A stretch of DNA of 49,462 nucleotides from a virus (taxonomy: Duplodnaviria > Heunggongvirae > Uroviricota > Caudoviricetes), in the IMG/VR virus record IMGVR_UViG_3300010365_001407, positions 1-49,462 of that record; one strand, written 5' to 3'. A program made the translations under genes and the position numbers. Each line of letters begins with the position of its first letter. Positions within the stretch are counted from its first letter, which is position 1. The notes beneath the pieces are model-generated. The model saw nothing but the letters and a program-made list of their open reading frames with translations. It had not been told where the DNA came from and did no database searches. Positions 10,309-18,368 of this stretch are shown here, one piece after another.

Positions 10309-12153
10309 ATGATTTTTAAGTATGATGACTTCCTATTAGAGAATATGATTAATGAATCAATCTTATATTACTCTCCTAAAGTAAGAAGTATTTTAAGTAA
10401 GATAGATGATCCTATTGCAAAAGAACTTAGTGCATTAGAGACTACAGACCTACCTATTGATGTAACATTTGTTGACATAGATGAAAATAGAGAGGGTTAC
10501 CTTACTTTCACTACAATGAAATCTGCTGAGAAGTATTTACTTCCATTGGGACAAGGAACTGTAGATTTCTTCAAAGGTACTTCATCAAATCCTGATTATG
10601 AATACAAACCAGAAGAAGCAAGAAAAAGTAATGATGCAATGGCAGTTGATAAACATCAACCATATATAAAGTCAAGAAATCCTGTTAAATTAGGTAAGTT
10701 TGTTAATAACTTACTACCCAATAAATACAATGAAAGAGAAAGGGAATTGTTTGTAAATAAATTTAAAGCAAGACTTGAAGTAGCTGCAGAGAAATTTATA
10801 ATAGTAGATGGTAGAGATATTAATTTTTACTATTGGCATGGAAACTATAAAGAGAAAAAAGGTACTTTAGGAAATTCTTGTATGTCAGATGAAGAGGATA
10901 TATTTGATATTTATGTTGAAAATACTGATGTTTGTAGATTATTAGTATTATTAGAAGATGAATTGGTAATAGGTAGAGCAGTTATATGGAAACTAAGTCA
11001 TATAAGTCAAGGTCTTGATGTAGATTATTTTTTGGATAGACAATATACTATAAAAGAATCTGATGTTGATAAATTTAGAGACTATGCAGATAAAGAAGGT
11101 TGGGCTTATAAAGATGTTAATTCTCATAGTTCTTTTAGTGGTATTATTTACAAAGGTAGTTCTTATAATGTTGATATGGAAGTTGAAGTTATAGCTAAAA
11201 GATATGATAGTTATCCTTATATGGATACATTTAGAAGTTATGAATACTCTACTGGTACTTTAATAAATGAGAGTAGAAATGGTGATAGAGATTATTATCT
11301 ATTAGATGATACTTCTGGTGGATATACAGATGAGTCAAGAGTTTATTCAGAATATGAAGGAGATGAAATTGATAGAGATGATGCAGTTTGGTCAGAACCT
11401 TTAGATTCTTGGATTAGTGATTATGACTCAGTAGAGGTTCAAAGAGCATCATCTTATAGAGATAAGGGTTGGTATCCATCTAGTCATAGAGATATTAGAT
11501 ATGATGGTTGGAGTGAGGAATATATTCATGTTGATGATGCTACATATTCAGAAGAGTATGGATATGATTTATATGAGGATGATGCAGTTAGTGTTATAAA
11601 TGAATTGGATGAAAATGGTGATGCAAATGAGGATTTATATTTTATGCATGAAGATGATACTGATATTATTAGAATTAGTGAATTAAAAGATAGTAATTGG
11701 TATAAAAACTTTATGGAATCTGATTCTGAAAATTATTGGGATAATCATAGATATATTAAAAAAGAATTACTAAGTAAAGATTATAAAGATGAATTAGTAC
11801 CAGATATATTCTTAGTAGGTATATATAAAATAGATAAATCATTAAATCTATTTAGTGAAATAAGTGATGATTTTATAGAGAAGTTTAAAAATATAGATAT
11901 GTTATCTGATATTGATGCAAGAGTGTTTGATTTTCATGGTATCAATTATGGTGAAGAAGAGAAAAAAGAAAAAGTAAGAACATCAGAAATGATGGATAAA
12001 TGGACTTATGATGATTATATTAAACCAATTAGAGAATTGCTTATTCAAGAATTAAAAACTAAGATTGAAGATACAATTGATGAAGATATACTTAATGACT
12101 ATGAAATTAGATTAGAAGAATTAGAATTAGAAAAAGAAGAAGCTGAGGATTAA
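10309..12153 (+). CDS. large acidic hypothetical protein, possible head-internal protein
   Basis: ORF track; N-terminus MIFKYDDFLLE; TATATATA upstream at 10281-10288. Confidence 0.65.
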   Translation: MIFKYDDFLLENMINESILYYSPKVRSILSKIDDPIAKELSALETTDLPIDVTFVDIDENREGYLTFTTMKSAEKYLLPLGQGTVDFFKGTSSNPDYEYKPEEARKSNDAMAVDKHQPYIKSRNPVKLGKFVNNLLPNKYNERERELFVNKFKARLEVAAEKFIIVDGRDINFYYWHGNYKEKKGTLGNSCMSDEEDIFDIYVENTDVCRLLVLLEDELVIGRAVIWKLSHISQGLDVDYFLDRQYTIKESDVDKFRDYADKEGWAYKDVNSHSSFSGIIYKGSSYNVDMEVEVIAKRYDSYPYMDTFRSYEYSTGTLINESRNGDRDYYLLDDTSGGYTDESRVYSEYEGDEIDRDDAVWSEPLDSWISDYDSVEVQRASSYRDKGWYPSSHRDIRYDGWSEEYIHVDDATYSEEYGYDLYEDDAVSVINELDENGDANEDLYFMHEDDTDIIRISELKDSNWYKNFMESDSENYWDNHRYIKKELLSKDYKDELVPDIFLVGIYKIDKSLNLFSEISDDFIEKFKNIDMLSDIDARVFDFHGINYGEEEKKEKVRTSEMMDKWTYDDYIKPIRELLIQELKTKIEDTIDEDILNDYEIRLEELELEKEEAED

Positions 12154-12872
12154 CTCAGCTTCTTTGCTTTAAATACTTTAACCATAGGTCCTTTAGCAGT
12201 GTGTATTCTGTGATAACCATCTATCACTCTCAATTTCCCGTCTTTCTCAAGTACAACACCTCTTATACCATCATAACTTTTTTCATCATAATGTGTTAAG
12301 TCTTTTTGTTTTACTTTATCATAGTGGTTGGTTGATCCAAATATTACATCTGATTTATCTAATTCAACTATTTCATAGTTACATTTTTCTAATTCAGGTA
12401 ATAATAAACCATACTCTAAACCTAATAGATATTCTATTCTACCATTTAATTCATCTATTGAAAATGCAATATTTAATTCCTCTTCAATTTTTTGTGCAAT
12501 ATTACTTACTATACTAATACTTTGTAGTTCATCACCATAGTAACCACCACAAACATCTATATCCCAACTATATTCATCATATAGTTTGTATTTTCTTACA
12601 ACTCTATCAATAGTATAGATGTCAAGTTCTTTACCAGTACCAAATAAAATACTTTTTAATTTATTATCTCTTTGAGTTACTAAATCATTATCACCTACAT
12701 ATTCTTGGTAAATTCTTTCTACAATTGCAGGTATATCAACTTTATCAATACAAGCATTTTGAATTGAACCGCAACGACATATTGAATCACATCCATAACT
12801 TTCACAGTCATAGATGTAATCATAATCACAATCTACTCCACTATAGTGGAAATCTATTTTATCTAAGTTCAT
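12150..12872 (-). CDS. hypothetical protein with C-terminal ParB/Srx-like motif
   Basis: Cys-rich N-terminus; LRVIDGYHRI motif. Confidence 0.55.
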   Translation of the reverse strand: MNLDKIDFHYSGVDCDYDYIYDCESYGCDSICRCGSIQNACIDKVDIPAIVERIYQEYVGDNDLVTQRDNKLKSILFGTGKELDIYTIDRVVRKYKLYDEYSWDIDVCGGYYGDELQSISIVSNIAQKIEEELNIAFSIDELNGRIEYLLGLEYGLLLPELEKCNYEIVELDKSDVIFGSTNHYDKVKQKDLTHYDEKSYDGIRGVVLEKDGKLRVIDGYHRIHTAKGPMVKVFKAKKLS

Positions 12873-13164
12873 CTATTTGTACTTTATATGTTGTTCCATT
12901 TATGTTCTTTGGTACATAAACTTTTCTTTCTTTTAATTTTCTGTGTATTTTCACTAAGGTACTTCCTTTTAATAAATACCAACTAATTGGTAATATCTCT
13001 TCTAATTGATAAGGTGAATGTGTATTTACTCTATCAATAACATAATCCCCCTCTACAATAGGTTCATCAAAAAATAGAAAGTTCTTATTAAATGATTCTA
13101 CATTAAGGTCAATCACCTCTTTTATAATTCTATTAATTATGTGTTCTGTTAAAAAGTTTGTCAT
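12859..13164 (-). CDS. hypothetical protein
   Basis: ORF track; ATGA overlap with upstream gene. Confidence 0.6.
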   Translation of the reverse strand: MTNFLTEHIINRIIKEVIDLNVESFNKNFLFFDEPIVEGDYVIDRVNTHSPYQLEEILPISWYLLKGSTLVKIHRKLKERKVYVPKNINGTTYKVQIDELR

Positions 13165-13583
13165 ACTGCAACTCCATTTAAAATACCATTATGAAAATAT
13201 CTAACATTTGAAATGTCAACATTTTCAACTTTATCCAAGTAATTCAATATTGTTCCTCTGATGTTTTGTCTTCCGCTTGTATTGTCAGTGTGTGCATACC
13301 AGTTTGGAAATTTTTTTTTATAATCCAAACAATAATCAATTAAGTAGTCTGCAGCTGTTTTACCAGTGTATTCTACACCTTCTTTATAACAAGCTAAGTC
13401 ATGATCAAAAGAAACCAAATCAATATCATCAAATCTTTTGTTTACTAAGTCAACAAAATCAAAGTAATCTCTAACAATAATCCATTTGTTTTTATCAGAA
13501 TATTCAGAACCTAAACCTTTACTCATATTGTGAGACATGTTTGGCATACGAATATCATCTAAAAAAACATTAATCTTGTTCAT
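13161..13583 (-). CDS. cyclic-phosphate-processing receiver-domain protein
   Basis: VFLDDIR.P, LVSFDHDL, TG..AA.YL, HTDN..G..NI pattern. Confidence 0.7.
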   Translation of the reverse strand: MNKINVFLDDIRMPNMSHNMSKGLGSEYSDKNKWIIVRDYFDFVDLVNKRFDDIDLVSFDHDLACYKEGVEYTGKTAADYLIDYCLDYKKKFPNWYAHTDNTSGRQNIRGTILNYLDKVENVDISNVRYFHNGILNGVAV

Positions 13584-14031
13584 TGTTATAATTTTTTAAA
13601 AAGTTCTTTTCTACATCTTTTAGTGAGTTCATTCCCACCTCTGTTATTCTATCTAGTACTATATCTATTTCTAAATTGTCATATATCCAACTCTCTAAAT
13701 CATCCATAAAGAAGTCATATTTAAAATAATTGGTGCTATCTAATTTATCTTCTAATAATTCCAAATCTATTTCATTTTTCAGAACTAGTTTTGATAAGTC
13801 AGAACTCTCATGTTCTATTAGATTATTTTTAAGTATTTTCAAATACCTGTCTAATTCAGTTGGTGTTGTTATCACAAAACAAACATAATTACACAATTCA
13901 TCTTCATAATCAAAGAAGGACTCTGTATTAAGTTCAGATATTATATCTTTCTCATAGTCAGATAGTCTTTCATAATCATCATTTAATTCAAATGATGATT
14001 TGTTAAATTTTATTTTATATACCTTTGTCAT
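13570..14031 (-). CDS. hypothetical protein
   Basis: ORF track; TATCTTTG promoter box at 14048-14055. Confidence 0.6.
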   Translation of the reverse strand: MTKVYKIKFNKSSFELNDDYERLSDYEKDIISELNTESFFDYEDELCNYVCFVITTPTELDRYLKILKNNLIEHESSDLSKLVLKNEIDLELLEDKLDSTNYFKYDFFMDDLESWIYDNLEIDIVLDRITEVGMNSLKDVEKNFLKNYNNEQD

Positions 14032-14079
14032 AATAGTATATATAATACAAAGATAATCTAAAAAAGTTTAATTAAAAAA

Positions 14080-14355
14080 TTACCATACATTAATTAGATT
14101 AATATCATTAAAAATTATTTCTTCACATTCAAACTCTCTTTTAAGTAGTTCATAGATTTCAACATCTTTAGAGATAATTTTATATTGATTATCCATCAAT
14201 TCTTTCTTATCAGTACCACCACAATTACATCCCTTTATATACATTTCTGCAATATAAATAAACTTTTTAAGTGATTGATTATCTTCAAATATTTCTTCTC
14301 TACTTTTAATTAAAGACCAGAAGTGTGTAGGTGATTCTACATTAATTGTTTTCAT
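14080..14355 (-). CDS. hypothetical protein
   Basis: ORF track. Confidence 0.55.
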   Translation of the reverse strand: MKTINVESPTHFWSLIKSREEIFEDNQSLKKFIYIAEMYIKGCNCGGTDKKELMDNQYKIISKDVEIYELLKREFECEEIIFNDINLINVW

Positions 14356-14400
14356 TAGATAAACTTATTTTTATATTCTATATATAGAACCATAATAATG

Positions 14401-14423
14401 AAACCTCTAAACAAGAGGTTTTT
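14401..14423 (-). terminator. hairpin terminator closing tRNA array 1
   Basis: AAACCTCT aaaca AGAGGTTT inverted repeat just 3' of the last tRNA. Confidence 0.65.
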
Positions 14424-14428
14424 AATAG

Positions 14429-14498
14429 TACCGAGAAAGGGATTCGAACCCTCCTATAGACGGATATGAGCCATCCATGGTCACCAAGACCCCTCGGA
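14429..14498 (-). tRNA. tRNA (CAT), Met-type, reduced D arm
   Basis: Anticodon arm GATGG-CTCATAT-CCGTC; T arm GAGGG-TTCGAAT-CCCTT; D hairpin only GGTC-TTGGT-GACC; 1:72 mismatch. Confidence 0.65.
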
Positions 14499-14505
14499 AT
14501 GTTAG

Positions 14506-14574
14506 CAGTAGATGTAGGATTCGAACCTCAACGCCCCATCATACGAGGAATTTTACCAATTAAACTATACCACT
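14506..14574 (-). tRNA. degenerate tRNA, apparent anticodon ATG (His?)
   Basis: D arm GTTT-AATTGGT-AAAA; loop GT-ATG-AT; TTCGAAT T loop; mismatched T and acceptor stems. Confidence 0.4.
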
Positions 14575-14641
14575 TCCTGATTATTTTTTATCTAGAACTA
14601 TTACATAATCAGTATTATACTTACCTTCCAGTAAGTTTTTG

Positions 14642-14715
14642 CGGGACCAACGGGATTCGAACCCGCACCACACACCGTGACAGGGTGGTATTGTAAACCA
14701 TTCAACCATGGTCCC
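14642..14715 (-). tRNA. tRNA-Asp (GTC)
   Basis: GGGACCA/TGGTCCC acceptor, CT-GTC-AC loop, G73. Confidence 0.92.
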
Positions 14716-14722
14716 ATTTTAG

Positions 14723-14796
14723 CAGACATACCCGGACTCAAACCAGGATCCACCCTCTGACACGAGAGTACTCTTACTCAATTAAGCTATATGTCT
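14723..14796 (-). tRNA. atypical tRNA-Asp-like (GTC)
   Basis: AGACATA/TATGTCT acceptor, G73; anticodon loop GTGTCA of irregular size. Confidence 0.55.
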
Positions 14797-14801
14797 ATTT
14801 G

Positions 14802-14877
14802 TCGGGGCACAGAGACTCGAACTCTGATGATGTCCACATCCCAAATGTGGCGACTTAGCCAATTAGTCCACACCCCG
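14802..14877 (-). tRNA. tRNA-Pro (TGG)
   Basis: CGGGGTG acceptor, CCACA-TTTGGGA-TGTGG, A73. Confidence 0.92.
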
Positions 14878-14940
14878 AAAAATTTAATTCTATGCAGACC
14901 AACTCTCTGTCCCTATGAATTAATAACAGTCTACCATGCG

Positions 14941-15013
14941 CGGTTTATGAGGGATTCGAACCCTCTCCGTACCGGGCGACAGCCGGACATCTTAGCCATT
15001 TGACCTATAAACC
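14941..15013 (-). tRNA. tRNA-Asp (GTC)
   Basis: GGTTTAT/ATAAACC acceptor, CT-GTC-GC loop, G73. Confidence 0.88.
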
Positions 15014-15020
15014 AATTTAG

Positions 15021-15094
15021 CAGTACTAACGGGACTCGAACCCGCAATCTCCACCGTGACAGGGTGGCGTCATACACCAATATGCTGTAGCACT
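15021..15094 (-). tRNA. tRNA-Asp (GTC)
   Basis: AGTGCTA/TAGTACT acceptor, CCACC-CTGTCAC-GGTGG, G73. Confidence 0.88.
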
Positions 15095-15100
15095 ATTTAG

Positions 15101-15173
15101 TCGAAAAGATGGGAATCGAACCCACTAACTGATGCCTCCAATGCACCCGTGCTTAAACCTTAGTCACTTCTCG
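15101..15173 (-). tRNA. tRNA-Pro (TGG), atypical D arm
   Basis: CGAGAAG/CTTTTCG acceptor, GGTGC-ATTGGAG-GCATC, A73. Confidence 0.7.
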
Positions 15174-15836
15174 TTATTTTAACCATTTTCTAATAGAATT
15201 ATCACTAACTCCATATTTTCTACCTGTACCACTATATCCAAACTCTAAAATATCTATATTTAATTGTTCTAAACTTGGTCTTTCTACTTTTCTTCTACTA
15301 TATTTTTCACACTTATTACATTTTTCAGAAATGTTTGTTATAATACAACCACATTTACAATAGTTTACTTTTTTATTTTTTAAGTTTTTACCAGCAAATG
15401 TATCTAAACCAGCATTACAATTAGGACATACTATTCTTAAATTTTCTATTCTATTATCATCATGTATACCATTTTTATGGTCTATAATTAATGATATTTT
15501 CATTCCATTCCAATTTTCATCTTGTCCACATAAACAACATTTTCTTTCTAATAATCCTTCATCATATAATCTCTTTTTAAGATGTCCTCTATTATATGAT
15601 GATTTTTCTACTAATATATCTGATAAATCTATTTTATTATATTTATTCAAATTAATCATTTTTTCATAATTATGAGAAAAATGTTTTGTGTCTATATCAT
15701 ACAAATCAATATACTTCTTTAATGTCTTTGAATTGCCACCTGATGATCTTATTCCCATTTTCTCTAAACACTCTTTTTGAGTTTTAGACTTTCTAACAAC
15801 TTCTTCTAAATTTTCTTTTAACCAAATGTTTTTCAT
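15174..15836 (-). CDS. HNH homing endonuclease inside tRNA array 1
   Basis: CCLCG...IDHKNG...DNRIENLRIVCPNCNA; C-terminal HTH-like GVSDNSIRKWL; stop codon abuts tRNA-Pro. Confidence 0.9.
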   Translation of the reverse strand: MKNIWLKENLEEVVRKSKTQKECLEKMGIRSSGGNSKTLKKYIDLYDIDTKHFSHNYEKMINLNKYNKIDLSDILVEKSSYNRGHLKKRLYDEGLLERKCCLCGQDENWNGMKISLIIDHKNGIHDDNRIENLRIVCPNCNAGLDTFAGKNLKNKKVNYCKCGCIITNISEKCNKCEKYSRRKVERPSLEQLNIDILEFGYSGTGRKYGVSDNSIRKWLK

Positions 15837-15911
15837 AATAGTATTTTATTTTACTATATATATTAAACTATTGAACCTTCTTTTACTACATTTTAACATT
15901 TAGTTTTTTTG

Positions 15912-15982
15912 TTGAGATACCAGGGCTCGAACCTGGACTGTGTGCGCCAAAAGCACATGTGCTACCATTACACCATATCTCA
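15912..15982 (-). tRNA. tRNA-Gln (TTG)
   Basis: TGAGATA/TATCTCA acceptor, TGTGC-TTTTGGC-GCACA. Confidence 0.92.
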
Positions 15983-16108
15983 GTATTTGGTATATCAGAG
16001 CAGGTTTAATGATGATATACCCATTAAAATACCTCTATCTTTTTATCTGTATCTCCACTTAAACCACTGGAGTGTCTCAAAGATTAAAACGCAATATTTT
16101 AATGTTTG

Positions 16109-16179
16109 TTAGAGTACTGGGGGTCGAACCCAGAGCACAGGATCCAAAGGCCTGAATATTACCATTATACGATACTCTA
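16109..16179 (-). tRNA. tRNA-Gln (TTG)
   Basis: TAGAGTA/TACTCTA acceptor, CT-TTG-GA loop. Confidence 0.88.
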
Positions 16180-16185
16180 ATTTAG

Positions 16186-16259
16186 CGGGACCAACGGGAT
16201 TCGAACCCGCACCGCACAGCGTGACAAGCTGGCATTGTAAACCATTCAACCATGGTCCC
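16186..16259 (-). tRNA. tRNA-Asp (GTC)
   Basis: Near-copy of 14642..14715 with a different anticodon stem; TT-GTC-AC loop. Confidence 0.92.
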
Positions 16260-16269
16260 ATTTTACTTC

Positions 16270-16306
16270 AAAAAAAAATCTCATAAGAACTAACTTATGA
16301 GATTTT
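16270..16306 (-). terminator. attenuator terminator upstream of tRNA array 1
   Basis: Minus strand AAAATCTCATAAG-TTAGTT-CTTATGAGATTTT plus U tract, between leader ORF and first tRNA. Confidence 0.85.
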
Positions 16307-16327
16307 ATATTTTTACATTGTAATTTC

Positions 16328-16396
16328 TTAATGTGATATAAATACATAGTTAGTCTGGTTCGTGATACGATCCTGATCCTGCATCGGCTGCGGCAT
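16328..16396 (-). CDS. leader peptide 1 MPQPMQDQDRITNQTNYVFISH
   Basis: ATG CCG CAG CCG ATG CAG GAT CAG GAT...CAT TAA; first 9 residues are only M/P/Q/D, matching array-1 tRNAs. Confidence 0.75.
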   Translation of the reverse strand: MPQPMQDQDRITNQTNYVFISH

Positions 16397-16431
16397 AACT
16401 ACTATATTTTTATATCACATTTTCATAATAC

Positions 16432-16490
16432 TATATATTAACTTTTTATTGTTCCTTTTTGTTTTTTCTTATTTTTATACTACAAAAGTA
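16432..16490 (-). promoter_or_regulatory. tandem promoters for array 1: late-type TAATATATA (16432-16440) and host-type TACTTTTG (16483-16490)
   Basis: Same arrangement as upstream of arrays 2 and 3. Confidence 0.7.
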
Positions 16491-16520
16491 ATATAAAGTT
16501 TTCAATTCACCTAATTTTTG

Positions 16521-16646
16521 TTAGATTTTTTTAATTTCTTTTTTAGAAAGTGCTCTTTCTGAGCTCCAAAAGATTCTTTTGTATTTCTTTCTCAAGTGTT
16601 TAGCCCATTCTTTACAAACAGCAAATTGTCCTTTTTTACCAGCCAT
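16521..16646 (-). CDS. small basic protein (41 aa), below ORF-track cutoff
   Basis: Manual translation MAGKKGQFAVCKEWAKHLRKKYKRIFWSSERALSKKEIKKI. Confidence 0.55.
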   Translation of the reverse strand: MAGKKGQFAVCKEWAKHLRKKYKRIFWSSERALSKKEIKKI

Positions 16647-16653
16647 ATTTTTA

Positions 16654-16812
16654 TTATTTTGAAATTATTATTTTTTTAATATTTTTTACTTTTTCCTCAA
16701 AATTCAGATGATTTCTAAGGTTATTAATAGTTGCATAACTTGCCCCAGTCATTAAAGTAATACTTGTATTACTTTCACCTTGTTTAATTAATCTTTTAAT
16801 TTGCTCATTCAT
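16654..16812 (-). CDS. small HTH-like protein
   Basis: MNEQIKRLIKQGESNTSITLMTGASYATINNLR; ATG at 16812 lies just downstream of TATCTTTG (16817-16824). Confidence 0.5.
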   Translation of the reverse strand: MNEQIKRLIKQGESNTSITLMTGASYATINNLRNHLNFEEKVKNIKKIIISK

Positions 16813-16834
16813 TTGACAAAGATACAACTTAATT

Positions 16835-17074
16835 TTAAGATAGACAAGAATATATGTCAATTCTTTGTTGTTCAGTTAAACCTTTTGAGAACCAATCTTT
16901 TTCTAACATAATTCTTAAATGCTCAACATTTCTATTTATTCTGTCTTTATCTTCTTCTGTTAAAGAAGGTAGTAATTTTAATTCATTAATTAGGTTAACA
17001 GAATCAAATGCAGATGATATAGATCTCTGTACTTGTTCTAGTGTTTGTTCTTCTGGGTTTATTGGTAATTCCAT
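16835..17074 (-). CDS. hypothetical protein
   Basis: ORF track. Confidence 0.55.
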   Translation of the reverse strand: MELPINPEEQTLEQVQRSISSAFDSVNLINELKLLPSLTEEDKDRINRNVEHLRIMLEKDWFSKGLTEQQRIDIYSCLS

Positions 17075-17079
17075 AATTT

Positions 17080-18300
17080 TTATTTATTTTTTCTTTTTAT
17101 TCTAAATGATTCATAAGTTTGTATATACTTCATATCATTTTTAGATTGGTCAATAACTTGTTCATCATTGTTACTTTTACCTGATTGACACATTTTTATA
17201 AAATTGTCTAATATTGGTTGTGTATCTTCAATATCTTCTGGATGAAAAAGTAAACCATAATGTTTCTTTTCATCATTTGCAATACCTGCAATCTTATCAT
17301 CTAGTTTAGCAATTGTTTTGAATCCTTGTGGACAATCTTCTAAGTAATCTTGAAAGTCAAAACTAACTTGTGTATTATCTAAATCTACACCATTAAATAA
17401 AGGATGTTCTTTGTCATATTCTTTTAATATAGTACTATCATCATATGTTTTATCAAGAGTTGCTAAATTAGCACCATTCTCTTTACCCATATGTTGCATA
17501 CCATAACACATTCCCAAAATAGGACATTGTAATGATTTTAAAGCTTCTGCACTTGTTGCATATTCATTGTCTGATTCTGGATTAGATAATCTATATTCTG
17601 AACCTGTTGAAATAGCGCCAATTACTTTATCATTGTTATTTTTATTTAATTCTTCTGTATTTGATGTAACAACATGTTCTATACCTCTTCCCTTTAAGTA
17701 ATTTACTATATTATCTAAGTATCTATTTTCTTGAGGTTTAGTATTATTAATAACAAGAATAATATCACCATTAAAACTTGGCATTAGTTTAACTGATTCG
17801 GTATAAACATAACTATCTTTATATTTATCAATAAATGTAAAGTCTTTTGTATCTAATTGAAATCCAAATCTGTTGAAGAAATTAACTAATTCTTTAATTG
17901 TTTCATCTTCAAATCCAAACTCTGTTTCTTTATCATATTTAGATCCAAATCCTGTATAGTGTGCAATAGTAGTTTCACCAGGCATTGATATAGTAAATTG
18001 TGAAACCATTGAATCACCATATGTTACATCAATATTAAGTTTAAGGTTATCAGGATTTGCTTCTGTACCATCATTAGTTTTAACCATACTTATATCAAAT
18101 TGTATAGTATCTGGTTCACCATCTTTATTAGCATCATTTGGACCATCAACAGTATTTTGATACCAAATAATTTGCATCTTATCACCATTAATAGTTAGGT
18201 CTGTTTGTTCTAACTCAAAGTGTCCATTATTAGTAACAACTTTTAGTTTTTGAGGTAGATATTTTCTCCAATCTTCTTTATCAAAAATTGATATATGCAT
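17080..18300 (-). CDS. unknown N-terminal domain fused to class I glutamine amidotransferase domain
   Basis: PILGMCYGMQ (catalytic Cys) and YGLLFHPE (His-Glu) motifs in the C-terminal half. Confidence 0.75.
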   Translation of the reverse strand: MHISIFDKEDWRKYLPQKLKVVTNNGHFELEQTDLTINGDKMQIIWYQNTVDGPNDANKDGEPDTIQFDISMVKTNDGTEANPDNLKLNIDVTYGDSMVSQFTISMPGETTIAHYTGFGSKYDKETEFGFEDETIKELVNFFNRFGFQLDTKDFTFIDKYKDSYVYTESVKLMPSFNGDIILVINNTKPQENRYLDNIVNYLKGRGIEHVVTSNTEELNKNNNDKVIGAISTGSEYRLSNPESDNEYATSAEALKSLQCPILGMCYGMQHMGKENGANLATLDKTYDDSTILKEYDKEHPLFNGVDLDNTQVSFDFQDYLEDCPQGFKTIAKLDDKIAGIANDEKKHYGLLFHPEDIEDTQPILDNFIKMCQSGKSNNDEQVIDQSKNDMKYIQTYESFRIKRKNK

Positions 18301-18338
18301 CTTATTGTATTTCTTTTTATGTATATATTAAAAAAGAA

Positions 18339-18360
18339 AAGTCAAGATTTCTCTTGACTT
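18339..18360 (-). terminator. hairpin after peptidase gene
   Basis: AAGTCAAGA tttc TCTTGACTT with flanking A/T tract. Confidence 0.6.
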
Positions 18361-18368
18361 CACTTTTT

